A DNA stretch of 32,000 nucleotides from Candidatus Minimicrobia sp. QA0096 (GTDB taxonomy: Bacteria; Patescibacteriota; Saccharimonadia; Saccharimonadales; Saccharimonadaceae), in contig NZ_OZ017288.1 of the NCBI RefSeq assembly GCF_963967315.1, positions 150,001-182,000 on the forward strand, read 5' to 3'. A program made the position numbers and the translations under genes. Shown piece by piece: positions 31,652 to 32,000 of this stretch. The number at the start of each line of letters is the position of its first letter. The first letter of the stretch is position 1. The notes beneath the pieces were generated by a model. The model was not told where the DNA came from. It did not search any database and saw only the letters and a list, made by a program, of their open reading frames with translations.

Positions 31652-32000
31652 TTATTTGTTAATCTTTGTAACAACACCAGCACCAACTGTACGGCCACCT
31701 TCGCGGATAGCAAAGTTCAAACCTTGCTCCATAGCGATTGGTGCAAGCAACTTAACCTTGAAGGTTACAGTGTCGCCTGGCATAACCATTTCTTTGTCAG
31801 CTGGCAATTCAACTTCACCAGTAACGTCAGTTGTGCGGAAGTAGAACTGTGGCTTGTAGCCCTTTGAGAATGGAGTGTGGCGACCGCCCTCTTCCTTCTT
31901 CAAGATGTAAACTTCAGCTTCAAACTCAGTATGTGGAGTAATTGTGCCTGGCTTTGCCAAAACTTGACCACGCTCAATGTCGCTGCGCTCAATACCGCGT
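31652..32000 (-). CDS. tuf: elongation factor Tu, C-terminal part (the gene continues beyond the window end)
   Basis: ...[44 protein letters not shown]...[17 protein letters not shown] is EF-Tu-like. The frame is open to base 32000. The ORF-track M at 31960 is an internal TTG (Leu). Confidence 0.95.
   Translation of the reverse strand, partial: RGIERSDIERGQVLAKPGTITPHTEFEAEVYILKKEEGGRHTPFSKGYKPQFYFRTTDVTGEVELPADKEMVMPGDTVTFKVKLLAPIAMEQGLNFAIREGGRTVGAGVVTKINK

Noticed and set aside
1-32000. Alternative genetic code (UGA recoding, as in some CPR lineages)
   Set aside because: TGA terminates well-defined genes (rpsQ at 24034-24036, ldh at 29717-29719, the DUF4236 gene at 2135-2137, the nuclease at 1321-1323). 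No conserved gene needs in-frame TGA read-through, so the standard bacterial code fits.
1-32000. CRISPR arrays, IS elements, integrases, prophage genes, rRNA genes
   Set aside because: I saw no regularly spaced repeats, no transposase- or integrase-like ORFs and no rRNA-like sequence on either strand.

Overview
This 32-kb window looks like a reduced-genome bacterium of the CPR/Patescibacteria type, possibly Saccharibacteria-like. That placement is inferred from gene content, not from any search. About two thirds is a minus-strand ribosomal super-cluster: tuf (partial), rpsJ, rplC-rplD-rplW-rplB-rpsS-rplV-rpsC-rplP-rpmC-rpsQ-rplN-rplX-rplE-rpsN-rpsH, rplF-rplR-rpsE-rplO, secY, and infA-rpmJ-rpsM-rpsK-rpsD-rpoA-rplQ-rplM-rpsI. 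The cluster is unusually mosaic. (1) An L-lactate dehydrogenase and an opposite-strand lipoprotein sit between tuf and rpsJ. (2) rpsJ is followed by a strong terminator and a small 3-TM protein, and rplC then has its own near-consensus promoter plus a roughly 140-nt structured leader. (3) A 3.1-kb island (ABC-F ATPase, NUDIX hydrolase, opposite-strand Ham1/ITPase) splits rpsH from rplF. (4) A terminator and promoter separate rplO from secY. (5) adk and map are absent, and an opposite-strand membrane-anchored protein occupies their place. (6) L30 is absent because the rpsE stop overlaps the rplO start. (7) L36, which is missing from the ORF track, has lost all four zinc ligands, and S14 is the long Cys-free form. 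The left third carries housekeeping genes (trpS, an RluA-family pseudouridine synthase, holB, a TPR protein) and a tRNA set, Thr(UGU)-Tyr(GUA)-[membrane ORF]-Thr(GGU). It also carries a run of four NTP-handling genes (CYTH, GrpB, ITPase-like, NUDIX) in which GrpB is bracketed by a 42-bp direct repeat. At the extreme left is an AT-rich accessory or defence-like patch: a partial GmrSD-like DUF262/DUF1524 nuclease, a DUF4236-TM2 fusion and orphan small ORFs. Many non-ribosomal genes have a -10 box only 6-9 nt upstream of the ATG with no Shine-Dalgarno, which suggests leaderless mRNAs, while ribosomal genes have strong SD sites. I saw no CRISPR array, transposase, integrase or rRNA. TGA is used as a stop codon, so the standard code applies.
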